From IMG/VR virus record IMGVR_UViG_3300048625_000166: DNA of 64,000 bases; one strand, written 5' to 3'. The position numbers and the translations under genes are program-made. Position 1 is the first letter of the stretch. Every line of letters begins with the position of its first letter. Below the pieces are notes generated by a model. That model did not search any database. It saw only the letters and a program-made list of their open reading frames with translations, and was not told the origin of the DNA. The DNA is from a virus. Its lineage: Duplodnaviria > Heunggongvirae > Uroviricota > Caudoviricetes. Shown in pieces: positions 19,001 through 28,901 of the stretch.

Positions 19001-19206
19001 GCGAACGAAATAATGACAAAGAATGGTTAGACAAAGTTATATTAGGATGCACAGTCTATAACGAAACACGAATTCATACAGATTTTCAAGAAGATGAAGT
19101 ATTGAAATTCGTAGAGTGGCTACACAAGCAATACGGCATTGAGTACGTGAAGCCTAAGGCAACGCATCAAAATACTCCAGAACATAAAGCAAAGGGCAAG
19201 CAATGA
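18997..19206 (+). CDS. hypothetical protein
   Basis: 69 aa, ATGA coupled. Confidence 0.4.
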   Translation: MSERNNDKEWLDKVILGCTVYNETRIHTDFQEDEVLKFVEWLHKQYGIEYVKPKATHQNTPEHKAKGKQ

Positions 19207-19391
19207 GACAAGTGGTAATTACACGTAAACAGTATGAAAAACTAAAAGAAGTTTTCGAAATGTACGATTTGGATAGAGTTATATACACCGAAGATTCAAG
19301 TAAAGGCGCAGGTATCGGTGCGGTCACTACCATCGAATTTGATCCTAGACAATCTATCAAGATGGATATCACTGACGTAGAGAGTTGGTAA
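19203..19391 (+). CDS. hypothetical protein
   Basis: 62 aa, ATGA coupled. Confidence 0.4.
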   Translation: MRQVVITRKQYEKLKEVFEMYDLDRVIYTEDSSKGAGIGAVTTIEFDPRQSIKMDITDVESW

Positions 19392-19552
19392 TGGAACTAC
19401 GTTATTTGCGTACACGAGAAGTAGACGGCACTGTGCATCAGGTGTTACAGTATAGAACACAGATTCAAGTGCCTGACTATAGCACAGAAAAGCATATTCC
19501 TAAGGTAGTATGGACTGACTGGAAAGATGTGCCAGTAGTCGAGAGTAATTAA
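19391..19552 (+). CDS. hypothetical small protein (53 aa, not on ORF track)
   Basis: TAATG-coupled ATG at 19391; ends 4 nt inside the convergent SOD gene. Confidence 0.3.
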   Translation: MELRYLRTREVDGTVHQVLQYRTQIQVPDYSTEKHIPKVVWTDWKDVPVVESN

Positions 19553-20103
19553 AGGCTTTTGCCCCAGCGAGTATTAATAACGTTCCAGTTAATAATCTTC
19601 CACTGTTCTTTCAAGTATTTTTTCTTGTCAGAGCCATAATCTAATAGCCATGCATGTTCCCACCAGTCTACTAATAGTAGAATGTCACTGCGAACTTCAT
19701 GGTTTTTTATGGTCTTGATTTTGCCATCAGTGGATAGATAGATCCAGCCGCTACCTTCTATCTTCATAGCTTCTTCTTGGAATTGCTCCTTGAAGTCATC
19801 CCATGAGTTATAATGCTTGTTGATAAAGCCAAGCATGGGACCATTTGGCTTGTTAACGTTTCGTACTTCACGAAACTGAGGGAATAACATGTTATGCAAG
19901 AATGCACCTGCATAGTTGAAATCCCTATCACCTTCTTTGTTGTTGTAACGTTCAGCATAACCATGCGCTAACTTGCCATAGTGTAAGTCCAATGTCTCTT
20001 TAGACAGCACAGGACTTACATCTTTTGGCTCGAAGTTTAGTTGAATGATTTCTATATCTTGAGGCTTGCTTTTAGCCTCAAGTAGCTGAATCAAGTCACG
20101 CAT
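19549..20103 (-). CDS. sod: Fe/Mn superoxide dismutase
   Basis: DLHYGKLAHGY...DWWEHAWLLDY matches Fe/Mn-SOD metal-binding motifs. Confidence 0.85.
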   Translation of the reverse strand: MRDLIQLLEAKSKPQDIEIIQLNFEPKDVSPVLSKETLDLHYGKLAHGYAERYNNKEGDRDFNYAGAFLHNMLFPQFREVRNVNKPNGPMLGFINKHYNSWDDFKEQFQEEAMKIEGSGWIYLSTDGKIKTIKNHEVRSDILLLVDWWEHAWLLDYGSDKKKYLKEQWKIINWNVINTRWGKSL

Positions 20104-20104
20104 T

Positions 20105-21670
20105 TTAGTGTCTCAACAATAGAGTACTTAGAACGTTTTGATCGTTCGCAGAGATATCGCCTTCACCTGGTGCAACAATGACGTTGTACTTCATGCCACC
20201 AACTTTAGGCTTGCGTGTATATTCATCATAAGATAGAATAGAGTTTGGTGCTAGACCATACTGTTTAGCTAGACGTTGTTTTAGTTCACCTAGCTTGTCT
20301 GGTTGAACTTGCCATTGACCTTCACCACCTTTGACTAGGTTGCCCTTTTGATCTTTAACCAACAAGTCTTGGAACAATTCATCAGGAACAATACGTGAGT
20401 TCTTTGTCTTTTCTAGACTTGGATCGCTAGCTTTGACTTGTTTCTCTTGTGATGTATGAGCGCCTTCACTCCAGTTGATAATGAAGTTAGCTGGCTTCTT
20501 AGCAAGTGCCGCATTAGCCATCTTTGTGTAAGCATAGAACTTAACACCAGGATGCTTTTCAGCCATCTTTAGTGCCATGTCTAGATATTCTGGAGAGAAG
20601 AAATCACCAGCATCGTGCCAACGAATTGTTACTTCATAACCACCCTTGTCGCCAAGTTTTTCTTCTTTGGTAATCTCTGCACTTAGTTGATTGAAGAAAC
20701 CATCTGGATCATTCAATAGATATGTCAAGATACGACCATCACTTTGCCAAGCATTCTTGAACTGAACTTTACCGCCCTTCATAGCGAAGCAATCTACTTT
20801 ACATGAACCAGCACCTGGGCATGTGTTCACAATGATTAGCTTGTCAGTTTGTTCGTCTACTGCAATACCAGTTAGTGCGGCGAAACCAACGTTAAAGAAC
20901 TGTTCTAGTTCACCGTTGCTGTGCTTCATCTTCTCGTTCTGCTTTAGCAATGCCTTAGGGCGTTGCTTTAGTGTGGCTTTAACAGCATCTTCGCTGTATG
21001 TCTTGCCATCAGGACCCAAGTATTCAACAACACTAGAACGATGAATATAAGGCATCTTATACTTGTCCGTCTTTGTCTTACCAGAAACATACTTTTCAGC
21101 ACCTGATTTTTTATCTAATTTAACTTGACCAGTTTTCTTATCAATGTCTGGAGTACCAACAATACGTTTCATGTAGTCTTGAAATTCATCACCGCCAAAT
21201 TCACGACTTTGTGCTGGCAATGCAGTAGCCTCATCTAAACCAGATAACTTACGAATTCTGGATAGATGTTCTTCGCTTTCCTTGAATGTTAAGCCTTCAC
21301 CTGCTCTGGTTCTAACATAGCGAATAACTTGTTCTACCCATCCACTAACATCACTAGAACCGATTTCATCATCAGGACCCAAGTCAACCCAATCAGCAAC
21401 TTCATCAATTGCATCCATGATTGCCTGTGGGCCATATTTTGCCAACAATCCATGATGTTGATTTAAGATACGACGAGTGATTGCTTGAGATACCGGACTG
21501 TCTACACGACCTTCTGATAATTCTTGCTCAACTTCTGCTTGTTCGCCTTCGGTTTCACCTGGCATATCGCCAGATTTAGCAACGAATTGCTGTGGTGTCA
21601 TAATCTGGATGCCCGATGGTGCACCTGGCATTTTTGGCTCTGAGCCCTCTAGTAAATGTCTGATTTTCAT
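20105..21670 (-). CDS. hypothetical protein (521 aa)
   Basis: Long ORF coupled to SOD; CPGAGSCKVDC and IRWHDAGDFFSPEY motifs; no confident family. Confidence 0.55.
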   Translation of the reverse strand: MKIRHLLEGSEPKMPGAPSGIQIMTPQQFVAKSGDMPGETEGEQAEVEQELSEGRVDSPVSQAITRRILNQHHGLLAKYGPQAIMDAIDEVADWVDLGPDDEIGSSDVSGWVEQVIRYVRTRAGEGLTFKESEEHLSRIRKLSGLDEATALPAQSREFGGDEFQDYMKRIVGTPDIDKKTGQVKLDKKSGAEKYVSGKTKTDKYKMPYIHRSSVVEYLGPDGKTYSEDAVKATLKQRPKALLKQNEKMKHSNGELEQFFNVGFAALTGIAVDEQTDKLIIVNTCPGAGSCKVDCFAMKGGKVQFKNAWQSDGRILTYLLNDPDGFFNQLSAEITKEEKLGDKGGYEVTIRWHDAGDFFSPEYLDMALKMAEKHPGVKFYAYTKMANAALAKKPANFIINWSEGAHTSQEKQVKASDPSLEKTKNSRIVPDELFQDLLVKDQKGNLVKGGEGQWQVQPDKLGELKQRLAKQYGLAPNSILSYDEYTRKPKVGGMKYNVIVAPGEGDISANDQNVLSTLLLRH

Positions 21671-21687
21671 ATTAATTCCGTATATAG

Positions 21688-21716
21688 TTGACTTTATTGC
21701 GTAACTGTGCTACACT
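21688..21716 (+). promoter_or_regulatory. sigma70-like promoter TTGACT-17-TACACT
   Basis: Upstream of uvdE ATG 21746. Confidence 0.45.
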
Positions 21717-21745
21717 TATCTATTATTTATCTCTTTGGACTCCAT

Positions 21746-22780
21746 ATGCACTCTTTTGACCTTACCACAAAACGCATCGGTTTTGCTTGTAAATTCGCTG
21801 AAATTAACAAGAAAGGCGAGATTGCATCCGTCGATGGACTGAACACTGGTGGTACTACACTAGCTTGGGCAAGACGCAACAATCGCAGTACAGTAGAAGA
21901 TAAGCTACTTGACGTTGCAAAAACCAACATTAACAACACTCATGCACTTATCAAGCGTGTGGCATCCCTGCCAGAGCCACTGCGTATGTTGCGTATCACT
22001 AGCGACATGCTGAGTCTCTACACTCATCCAGAATTCAAAGATTTCTGGCAGTCTGCCGACATGCAATCCAGTCTAGAACGCTGGATGGCACCACTTGGTG
22101 AAACTGCACGTGCCAACAATGTTCGTCTTTCATTTCACCCTGGACAATTCGTTGTTTTGGCAAGTGACAGCGACGATGTTCTAAATAACAGTATCGAAGA
22201 ATTTGAATATCACGTGGACTTGGCCAAATGGATGGGCTACGGTAAGCAATTTCAAGATATCAAAATCAACGTACATATCGCAGGTCGTAAAGGCCCACAA
22301 GGCATCCGCGATGCGTACAACCGTTTGTCGCCAGAAGCGAGAAACACACTCACACTAGAAAATGAGGAATACACACATGGACTATCTGACTGCCTATCAC
22401 TATCTGACCTCTGTCCTACGGTCATGGACATTCACCACAATTGGATTCGTGAAGGGTCCTATATTGATCGCAATGACGATCTTGTTAAAAAGGTTATTGA
22501 CAGTTGGCGCGGTGTTCGTCCTACTATGCACTATTCTGTTTCTCGGGAAGACGTACTTGGAGAACATCCCGGACACATCCTTCCCGATCATGGTGCGTTG
22601 ATTCTTGAAGGCCACACAAAAGCAAAGCTCCGTGCCCACTCAGACTTTTACTGGAATGATGCAGTGAATGATTGGGCATTGACTTTCATGGACGGCTTTG
22701 ATATCATGTGCGAATCAAAAGCTAAGAACCTTGCTAGCTATAAACTATACGAAAGAGCAAAACAAAATGGGATTATTTGA
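21746..22780 (+). CDS. uvdE: UV-damage endonuclease UvdE
   Basis: KRIGFACKF...LRITSDMLSLYTHPEF and TIM-barrel-length body typical of UvdE; track start was GTG, moved to ATG. Confidence 0.7.
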   Translation: MHSFDLTTKRIGFACKFAEINKKGEIASVDGLNTGGTTLAWARRNNRSTVEDKLLDVAKTNINNTHALIKRVASLPEPLRMLRITSDMLSLYTHPEFKDFWQSADMQSSLERWMAPLGETARANNVRLSFHPGQFVVLASDSDDVLNNSIEEFEYHVDLAKWMGYGKQFQDIKINVHIAGRKGPQGIRDAYNRLSPEARNTLTLENEEYTHGLSDCLSLSDLCPTVMDIHHNWIREGSYIDRNDDLVKKVIDSWRGVRPTMHYSVSREDVLGEHPGHILPDHGALILEGHTKAKLRAHSDFYWNDAVNDWALTFMDGFDIMCESKAKNLASYKLYERAKQNGII

Positions 22781-23192
22781 CAAACTATTCGGCAAAAAGC
22801 CAGAACCAGAAAAGGTAGAGGCTCCTAAGCCTGCACCTAAGCAAAAAGAAAAGAAAGTTCCTGAACTATCAGCCAAAGAAAAGGCAACTCAAGCGGGTGA
22901 GCCTTATGTTAATATCTTAAGCATGGAAGTTGATCCTAAAGATATTAATTCAGGTGCGTTTGAACTTGACTGGAACGACAAGTTTGTGTTAAACTTGATT
23001 CGTGCTGGGTTCAAGATTCGTGATGACGACACTGATAGTCAAATTGTTGACAGATGGTTTCAAACTGTATGCCGCAATGTGGCACTTGAACTCTATGAAC
23101 AACAACAAGCTGATCCAGATAATCGCTACAAGGCAGACCTACGCACGGTCAGTACAAAAGATATCGGTGATGGCAGAACAGAAGTAAGCTAA
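22767..23192 (+). CDS. hypothetical protein
   Basis: 141 aa from internal ATG. Confidence 0.4.
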   Translation: MGLFDKLFGKKPEPEKVEAPKPAPKQKEKKVPELSAKEKATQAGEPYVNILSMEVDPKDINSGAFELDWNDKFVLNLIRAGFKIRDDDTDSQIVDRWFQTVCRNVALELYEQQQADPDNRYKADLRTVSTKDIGDGRTEVS

Positions 23193-24193
23193 TGAAATAC
23201 GCATTGATCGATACCGCAAATACATTCTTCCGTGCCCGACACGTAGCGGCACGTGGTGCTGACACATGGGAAAAAGTTGGCATGGCAATTCACTTGACGA
23301 TGGCCAGCGTCAATCAAATGGTACGCAAGTTTGGCATTGACCACGTTGTGTTCTGCTTAGAGGGTCGTAGCTGGCGCAAAGATGTTTATCCTCCATATAA
23401 GAAGAATCGTGTCGTTGATGAACAATCGACTACCGAAGCTGAGAAGGAAGAAAACGAAATGTTTTGGGAAACGTATGATGCGTTTACCACCTATCTCCGT
23501 GAGAAAACCAATTGCTCAGTGTTGCGTCAAGGTGAAGCAGAAGCGGATGATCTGATTGCCCGTTTCATTGCACTGCATCCAGATGATGAACACTTTATTA
23601 TCAGTACAGATACGGACTACGTACAACTGATTACACCAAAAGTCAAACAGTACAATGGCGTTACTGGTCAGTTGATCACACTCGAAGGCTACTTTGATGA
23701 CAAAGATCGTCCTGTCAAAGACAAAGTTACCAAAGAACCTAAACTATTGGGCGATCCACAATACTTGTTGTTCCTCAAGTGTATGCGCGGAGACACATCC
23801 GATAACGTATTCTCTGCATATCCTGGGGTGCGTGAGAAAGGTTCTAGTAAGAAAGCTGGCATTATGGAAGCATATGCTGACAAAGACAAGCAAGGCTTTA
23901 CCTGGAACAACATGATGCTCCAGCGTTGGGTCGATCACAATGGTGTTGAACACAAGGTTATCGACGACTATAAGCGTAACGTTATCTTGATTGACTTGAC
24001 TGCACAACCTCAAGAAATTAAAGACAAGGTTGATCTTGAAATTATTCGAGGTGTTCGCACCGAGACTGTGCCTCAAGTTGGCATTCATCTGATGAAATTC
24101 TGTGGTAAATATGAACTTAATAAAATCTCTGAAAATGTTGAAACTTATAGTAAGTGGCTTAATTCACCGTATAAAGGGATCCTACATGAGTGA
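23192..24193 (+). CDS. rnh: RNase H / 5'-3' flap endonuclease (T4 rnh-like, FEN family)
   Basis: N-terminal IDTANTFFR; acidic clusters EAEADD, TDTDY, RGDTSDN typical of FEN nucleases. Confidence 0.75.
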   Translation: MKYALIDTANTFFRARHVAARGADTWEKVGMAIHLTMASVNQMVRKFGIDHVVFCLEGRSWRKDVYPPYKKNRVVDEQSTTEAEKEENEMFWETYDAFTTYLREKTNCSVLRQGEAEADDLIARFIALHPDDEHFIISTDTDYVQLITPKVKQYNGVTGQLITLEGYFDDKDRPVKDKVTKEPKLLGDPQYLLFLKCMRGDTSDNVFSAYPGVREKGSSKKAGIMEAYADKDKQGFTWNNMMLQRWVDHNGVEHKVIDDYKRNVILIDLTAQPQEIKDKVDLEIIRGVRTETVPQVGIHLMKFCGKYELNKISENVETYSKWLNSPYKGILHE

Positions 24194-24422
24194 TTTACTT
24201 GAAAAACAACTGTACATGGGCATCGTTGCTATACTGAAGGATGACAAAATATACTATCAGTCTAGTATTGGTAAGAAGGGCGAATACAATCACTTTAAAG
24301 AAGGTGGTCAGGAAGCTCTACTAACCTATCTTGATTACATGGCTCCACTCATTATGAAGAATGAGCGTGATAAAGTTGACAAACGTGCCAAAGAAATGAT
24401 GTGGGAAGAGTTGAAAAAATGA
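24186..24422 (+). CDS. hypothetical protein
   Basis: Internal ATG, overlaps rnh end by 8 nt. Confidence 0.35.
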   Translation: MSDLLEKQLYMGIVAILKDDKIYYQSSIGKKGEYNHFKEGGQEALLTYLDYMAPLIMKNERDKVDKRAKEMMWEELKK

Positions 24423-24646
24423 CATTCACCCAACCTGAAAATCGTTTTAGAGAAATTCGTCCAGGCGATGATCACTTTATGATGACTGATGGTATCAAGC
24501 TGGTACCACGTGCTAGTCTCGAATTTAGTAGCGACTGTCCAAAAAAATATATTGACATTATTGCACGTTGTTACGAGAATGGATGGATCAAAACTGTTGC
24601 ACATGTAAAGACAAAAGAACTTTTCTGGGAAGTACTAGAACAATGA
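24419..24646 (+). CDS. hypothetical protein
   Basis: ATGA coupled. Confidence 0.35.
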   Translation: MTFTQPENRFREIRPGDDHFMMTDGIKLVPRASLEFSSDCPKKYIDIIARCYENGWIKTVAHVKTKELFWEVLEQ

Positions 24647-24789
24647 CACTCATTTTAGATGACTACAATCAAGTCTACGTATGGGTCGACGACAATGATC
24701 ACGAACATGAACTAAGCCCACGCTTTGATTATGAAGAAGATGCGAATCAGTGGTTTGAGCGCATCAAGCAAGAAGTGGTTGACAAATAA
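24643..24789 (+). CDS. hypothetical small acidic protein
   Basis: ATGA coupled, 48 aa. Confidence 0.3.
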   Translation: MTLILDDYNQVYVWVDDNDHEHELSPRFDYEEDANQWFERIKQEVVDK

Positions 24790-24846
24790 TCAGACCAGTG
24801 ATACATTAAAGTTTCTCGTTAATTAAACATTCTTTGAAAGGTATAT

Positions 24847-25173
24847 ATGTTTAAAGGTATTTTGGCAGGTGTTGGTGCGTTAGTTATTTTTCTAGCGTTT
24901 GTGTTTGGCATGAATCTTTTTGGTCTTGCTAGTTATAGTTTCTTTGCTCCGAAATACCGTGCAGTAGAGAATCAAGTGTTCAAAGAATCAGAACAGTATA
25001 ATGACGGCATGATTCGTGACTTGGAAAACTTGCAACTTGAATACATCAAAGCCGATGACGCAGGCAAACAAAGTCTCCGTGCTATCGTATTGCATCGTTT
25101 CTCTGTCTACCCAGTAGAAAAGATGCCACCAAATCTCCGTAACTTCTACGAACAACTGAAGGCAGGTAAGTAA
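24847..25173 (+). CDS. membrane protein
   Basis: N-terminal TM helix. Confidence 0.45.
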   Translation: MFKGILAGVGALVIFLAFVFGMNLFGLASYSFFAPKYRAVENQVFKESEQYNDGMIRDLENLQLEYIKADDAGKQSLRAIVLHRFSVYPVEKMPPNLRNFYEQLKAGK

Positions 25174-25175
25174 TC

Positions 25176-25658
25176 ATGAAAAAAATTCTCGCATTTATCG
25201 TTGTTGCATTCGCATTGACCGCATGTGACCAAGCTCCTACTAGCACTCAAATCGAGCGCCGAAAGCAAGAAGAAATGTCTATGCAGGCAGTGACTCAAGT
25301 TGGCATGCCAGCTATCACGAACTTCGCTGAAAAGCGCATGATGAAGGACATTATGGAGTTGCGTGACCAGAACGTGGCTACTACTGTCTACATCACGGAC
25401 ATGAACGGCAAGTTGCACAAGGTCTGTAATGCAGTTGGATATGGCTTGCCGTATGCAACACAGTACACCAACCCAAGTCGTGTAGTTTACGACAGTGGTC
25501 ACGGCAATGCAGTCATTCCACAAGCTGATCCTAATGGTCTGTACAGCCCTGCAAGTGCAGATGGCACTTGGGTCTTGTGTGTTGCCAAAGATGGTAAAGC
25601 AAAGCCAGTGTTCATTGAGCCTCGTGTAATTGTTTCACCAATCCCTCTGGGAGAATAA
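25176..25658 (+). CDS. lipoprotein (paralog A)
   Basis: Lipobox LTAC; shares QVGMPAITNF.EKRMMKD..ELRD...GYGLPYATQYT..ADPNGLY..ASADGTWVLC with next gene. Confidence 0.6.
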   Translation: MKKILAFIVVAFALTACDQAPTSTQIERRKQEEMSMQAVTQVGMPAITNFAEKRMMKDIMELRDQNVATTVYITDMNGKLHKVCNAVGYGLPYATQYTNPSRVVYDSGHGNAVIPQADPNGLYSPASADGTWVLCVAKDGKAKPVFIEPRVIVSPIPLGE

Positions 25659-25659
25659 T

Positions 25660-26115
25660 ATGAAAAAGATTCTGCTTGCAGTGGCAGTACTTGCGGCAAC
25701 CATGCTTACAGCATGTGGCCCGCAAACAGATACTCGTTCTAGTTGGCAAATTGAGCGTGACACGCAAGAACGTACTCTCAAGCAAATTGCACAGAGTGTT
25801 GGCATGCCAGCTATCACTAACTTCTCCGAGAAGCGAATGATGAAAGATGTACTGGAGTTGCGTGACAAGATGAAGCCAACATACACATACTTGGTTGGAA
25901 TGAACAACCAACTAACTTTGCTTTGCAACAGTCTTGGCTATGGCTTGCCCTATGCCACACAATACACTGATCCGAAGCTAGCTGATCCTAACGGACTGTA
26001 TACTCCATCAAGCGCAGATGGTACGTGGGTGCTTTGTTTGAATCCCAAAACAAAACAAGCTGAACCACAGTACGTTGAGCCTCGTGTTATTGTGTCAACT
26101 TATCCTCTTAACTAA
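25660..26115 (+). CDS. lipoprotein (paralog B)
   Basis: Lipobox LTAC; GGAG RBS; tandem paralog of 25176..25658. Confidence 0.6.
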   Translation: MKKILLAVAVLAATMLTACGPQTDTRSSWQIERDTQERTLKQIAQSVGMPAITNFSEKRMMKDVLELRDKMKPTYTYLVGMNNQLTLLCNSLGYGLPYATQYTDPKLADPNGLYTPSSADGTWVLCLNPKTKQAEPQYVEPRVIVSTYPLN

Positions 26116-26132
26116 TCCTCAAAGGAAATAAA

Positions 26133-27029
26133 ATGTTTTTAATCTCTATCGCCCTGTTGGTAGCAATCGTTGCTTCCATCGCACTGTATTTCGTTTCCCT
26201 CGTAAATCATGATCGAAACTCAAATCAACATGTAACGACATATCCCTTGCGTAAGTTGGCAATGTTGCCTTACTTGCTAGTTGTAGCTGTCATTGCGTTT
26301 GAATCATTCACTATTGTGCCACCTGGTCACGTTGGTGTGCAAGTCACTCTAGGTAAAACAAACTTAGATAACGTATTGCCTGAAGGTGTTACCTTTGTTA
26401 ACCCTATTTCTAGTGTTCGTAATGTGAACGTACAGTTGCAACGTGCAGAACTTGAGAATCAGAACGCAGGCACTACAGATATGCAACAAGTTCACACTGA
26501 TATTGTGGTTAACTATCGACTAACTGCTAATATGGTCCCGACTATCTATAAAGAGTTTGGTTTGAATGTAGCAGACAAAGTTCTTGGTCCAGCTATCAGC
26601 GAAGCATTTAAGACTGTAACTGGTCAGTACACAAGCCAAGAATTGATTTCAAAGCGTGAAGAAGTTTCCGCTAAGATTCTTGAACGTTTGGCACATAAAG
26701 TTGCACCATTCGATATCACAGTCAGTAACATCAGTTTGGTGAACTTTGGCTTCTCTAAAATCTATCAAGATTCTATTGATGCTAAGATGGTTGCCACGCA
26801 AACTAAGTTGAAAGCTGAACAGGATTTGCAACGCATTGAAATTGAAGCTAAGTCACGTATCGCACAAGCTGAAGGTGAAGCTAAAGCTATCTCGATTCAA
26901 GCACAAGCTATTCAAAGTAACGGTGGCGCTCAGTACGTACAGTTGCAATGGATTGAAAAGTGGAATGGTGCTCTCCCAAGTACTGTAGTAGGTGCAGACA
27001 GTAAAACACTGATGAACATTGGCAAGTAA
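26133..27029 (+). CDS. SPFH/band-7 (prohibitin/HflK-like) membrane protein
   Basis: N-terminal TM then PGHVGVQVTLGK...; coiled-coil C-terminus. Confidence 0.7.
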   Translation: MFLISIALLVAIVASIALYFVSLVNHDRNSNQHVTTYPLRKLAMLPYLLVVAVIAFESFTIVPPGHVGVQVTLGKTNLDNVLPEGVTFVNPISSVRNVNVQLQRAELENQNAGTTDMQQVHTDIVVNYRLTANMVPTIYKEFGLNVADKVLGPAISEAFKTVTGQYTSQELISKREEVSAKILERLAHKVAPFDITVSNISLVNFGFSKIYQDSIDAKMVATQTKLKAEQDLQRIEIEAKSRIAQAEGEAKAISIQAQAIQSNGGAQYVQLQWIEKWNGALPSTVVGADSKTLMNIGK

Positions 27030-27032
27030 TCT

Positions 27033-27064
27033 AAGAAAGCGGTTGACACGACGACCGCTTTCTT
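27033..27064 (+). terminator. intrinsic terminator hairpin AAGAAAGCGG-N12-CCGCTTTCTT
   Basis: 10-bp stem directly after the SPFH gene; loop contains the next promoter's -35. Confidence 0.5.
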
Positions 27065-27071
27065 GTATACT
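27043..27071 (+). promoter_or_regulatory. sigma70-like promoter TTGACA-17-TATACT
   Basis: Upstream of ATG 27102. Confidence 0.55.
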
Positions 27072-27101
27072 CAATCATCTTTTAACACACAGGAGTTTTC
27101 C

Positions 27102-28280
27102 ATGAAAAAGTTTATCGCAATTCTCGTACTCGGTCTGGCAAGTATGTCAGCCTTTGCAGAAGCATCATTCGAACAGATCGAAGGTCTGATTCAACAAAAG
27201 AATTATGCCGCCGCGGCATCAGGTCTTGAAGGTATCATTCAAAACCATCCAAAATCAGCCAAAGCATTCTATGCAATGGCACAAGCTCAAGCTGGTCTCG
27301 GTAATCTTGAGAAGGCAAACAAAGCACTCACTATTGCAACTGGGTTGAATCCTGCTCTTGACTTTGCTCCTGAAGGCTCAGTGCAAAAGCTCAAGCAAGC
27401 AATTACTCCTCAAGTAGCAAAGATTGAGGCAGTCGAGGAATCTCATGTGTATCGTAATATGCTGATTCTCTTGGGTCTAGGTGTGATTGGCTTCTCTATC
27501 TGGTTCGCTTATGGCCAGATCAAGATTCAACGTGAAGAAGACGCTGAACGTCAAGCACGAGAGCAAGCAGATGCCGCAAAGCGTGAACAAGCCAGAGCAG
27601 AGCGTGACGCACGTTGGGAAAAAGAACGTGCTGAACTTGCTACTAAGATGGCCGCCGAACGTGCCGCAATTGAAGCAGAAGAAGCGGCATTGAAAGCACA
27701 CAAGAACTATGGTCATGAACGTTTCGACCCAGCTAATCCTGACAAGTTGAAATCAGTGAAGCAGTTCAAGGAAGAAAAACTTGCAGAAGAAATGGTAGCA
27801 AAAGCTCGTGCAGAGGCGGCAGAAGCCAAAGCTCGTGCAGAACGTGCGGAACTTGATGCGCGACTCGCCCGAAGCAATGCATCATCTGGCCCAGCATATG
27901 CTCAACCAACTCATACTACTGTTGTCAATAACTCCGGCAACGACATGTTGACTGGTATCATGATTGGCAACATGATGGGTGGTTCACATCACCATGACCA
28001 TGACACCACAATCATTCGTGAGCGTGAAGTAGTTCGTGAAACTCCTCGTAGCACTCGTGATAGTTCGTGGGACGATACTCCTACTCCTAGCATTAGCACA
28101 AGTCGTAGCTCTAGCTGGGATGACGCTCCAAGTTCTAGCTCGTCACGTTCTAGCTCTTGGGATGATGACAGTTCTAGTCGTAGTTCTAGCTCTAGTTCTT
28201 GGTCTAGCTCAAGCTCCAGTGATTCTAGCTCTAGCTGGTCTAGCAGTGACAGTTCTTCTAGCTCTAGTTCTTGGGATTAA
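27102..28280 (+). CDS. secreted TPR-like / coiled-coil protein with Ser-rich SSWDD-repeat tail
   Basis: Signal peptide; EQAREQADAAKREQARAERDA coiled coil; C-terminal repeats SSWDDxPS...SSSWD. Confidence 0.6.
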   Translation: MKKFIAILVLGLASMSAFAEASFEQIEGLIQQKNYAAAASGLEGIIQNHPKSAKAFYAMAQAQAGLGNLEKANKALTIATGLNPALDFAPEGSVQKLKQAITPQVAKIEAVEESHVYRNMLILLGLGVIGFSIWFAYGQIKIQREEDAERQAREQADAAKREQARAERDARWEKERAELATKMAAERAAIEAEEAALKAHKNYGHERFDPANPDKLKSVKQFKEEKLAEEMVAKARAEAAEAKARAERAELDARLARSNASSGPAYAQPTHTTVVNNSGNDMLTGIMIGNMMGGSHHHDHDTTIIREREVVRETPRSTRDSSWDDTPTPSISTSRSSSWDDAPSSSSSRSSSWDDDSSSRSSSSSSWSSSSSSDSSSSWSSSDSSSSSSSWD

Positions 28281-28294
28281 TTTAAGGAAAAATC

Positions 28295-28795
28295 ATGATT
28301 GATTATTTGGCTATTTTCTTTGCAACATACTTTCTGACTTGGCCTGCACTGGTCGCATTGTGTGTATTTGGTATCTGGGCAGAACACGTTGAAGCTCGTG
28401 GCTTTGCAGTGTTCTGGGCATTGGTAGCAGGTGTTTCGGCATTCTTCTACTTCAATGTTTCACTTGAATCTATTGCTATCAGTTCAATCGGTTATGTATG
28501 TTTTGGTATCGTATGGAGTTTCTATCGATACAAGCGATTCATTACTGCTAAAGTAGATTCAATCACTGAAATGAACTATCGCATTGAGCGACTTGAACAG
28601 TATCATCCAAGCAAGATGCTTGACACTATCACAGCATGGATCATTATCTGGCCATTTAGCTTGATTGAAAACTTGTGTGGTGATATCATTAACGGCATCG
28701 AGAATCTTGTGAAGACTGTTTTCAAGGGTGTCTACAATCGAATCTACAATGCCGCTATGGCAGACTTGATTCGCAAAGATGAAGGTGTACGATGA
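28295..28795 (+). CDS. multi-pass membrane protein
   Basis: Three or four hydrophobic helices. Confidence 0.5.
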   Translation: MIDYLAIFFATYFLTWPALVALCVFGIWAEHVEARGFAVFWALVAGVSAFFYFNVSLESIAISSIGYVCFGIVWSFYRYKRFITAKVDSITEMNYRIERLEQYHPSKMLDTITAWIIIWPFSLIENLCGDIINGIENLVKTVFKGVYNRIYNAAMADLIRKDEGVR

Positions 28796-28901
28796 TTGTT
28801 CTAGTTGAACTTTTGATGGCAGTTGGCATTGTTGCAATCGCTGGCTCACTGTTATACAGTGGCTATCGATTGGGCAAGTCTGACAAGGATGAAGAAAAAT
28901 G
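28792..28901 (+). CDS. small membrane protein (36 aa, not on track)
   Basis: ATGA coupled at both ends; MIVLVELLMAVGIVAIAGSLLY. Confidence 0.3.

Noticed and set aside
20105-21670. Radical-SAM or primase assignment for the 521-aa minus-strand protein
   Set aside because: The Cys cluster is CPGAGSCKVDC (Cx5Cx3C), not the canonical Cx3Cx2C, and no primase zinc-ribbon or TOPRIM motifs were seen.
28036-28302. Alternative-frame Leu/Ala/Val-rich ORF inside the Ser-rich repeat region
   Set aside because: Frame artefact of the AGC/TCT repeats; no start context.
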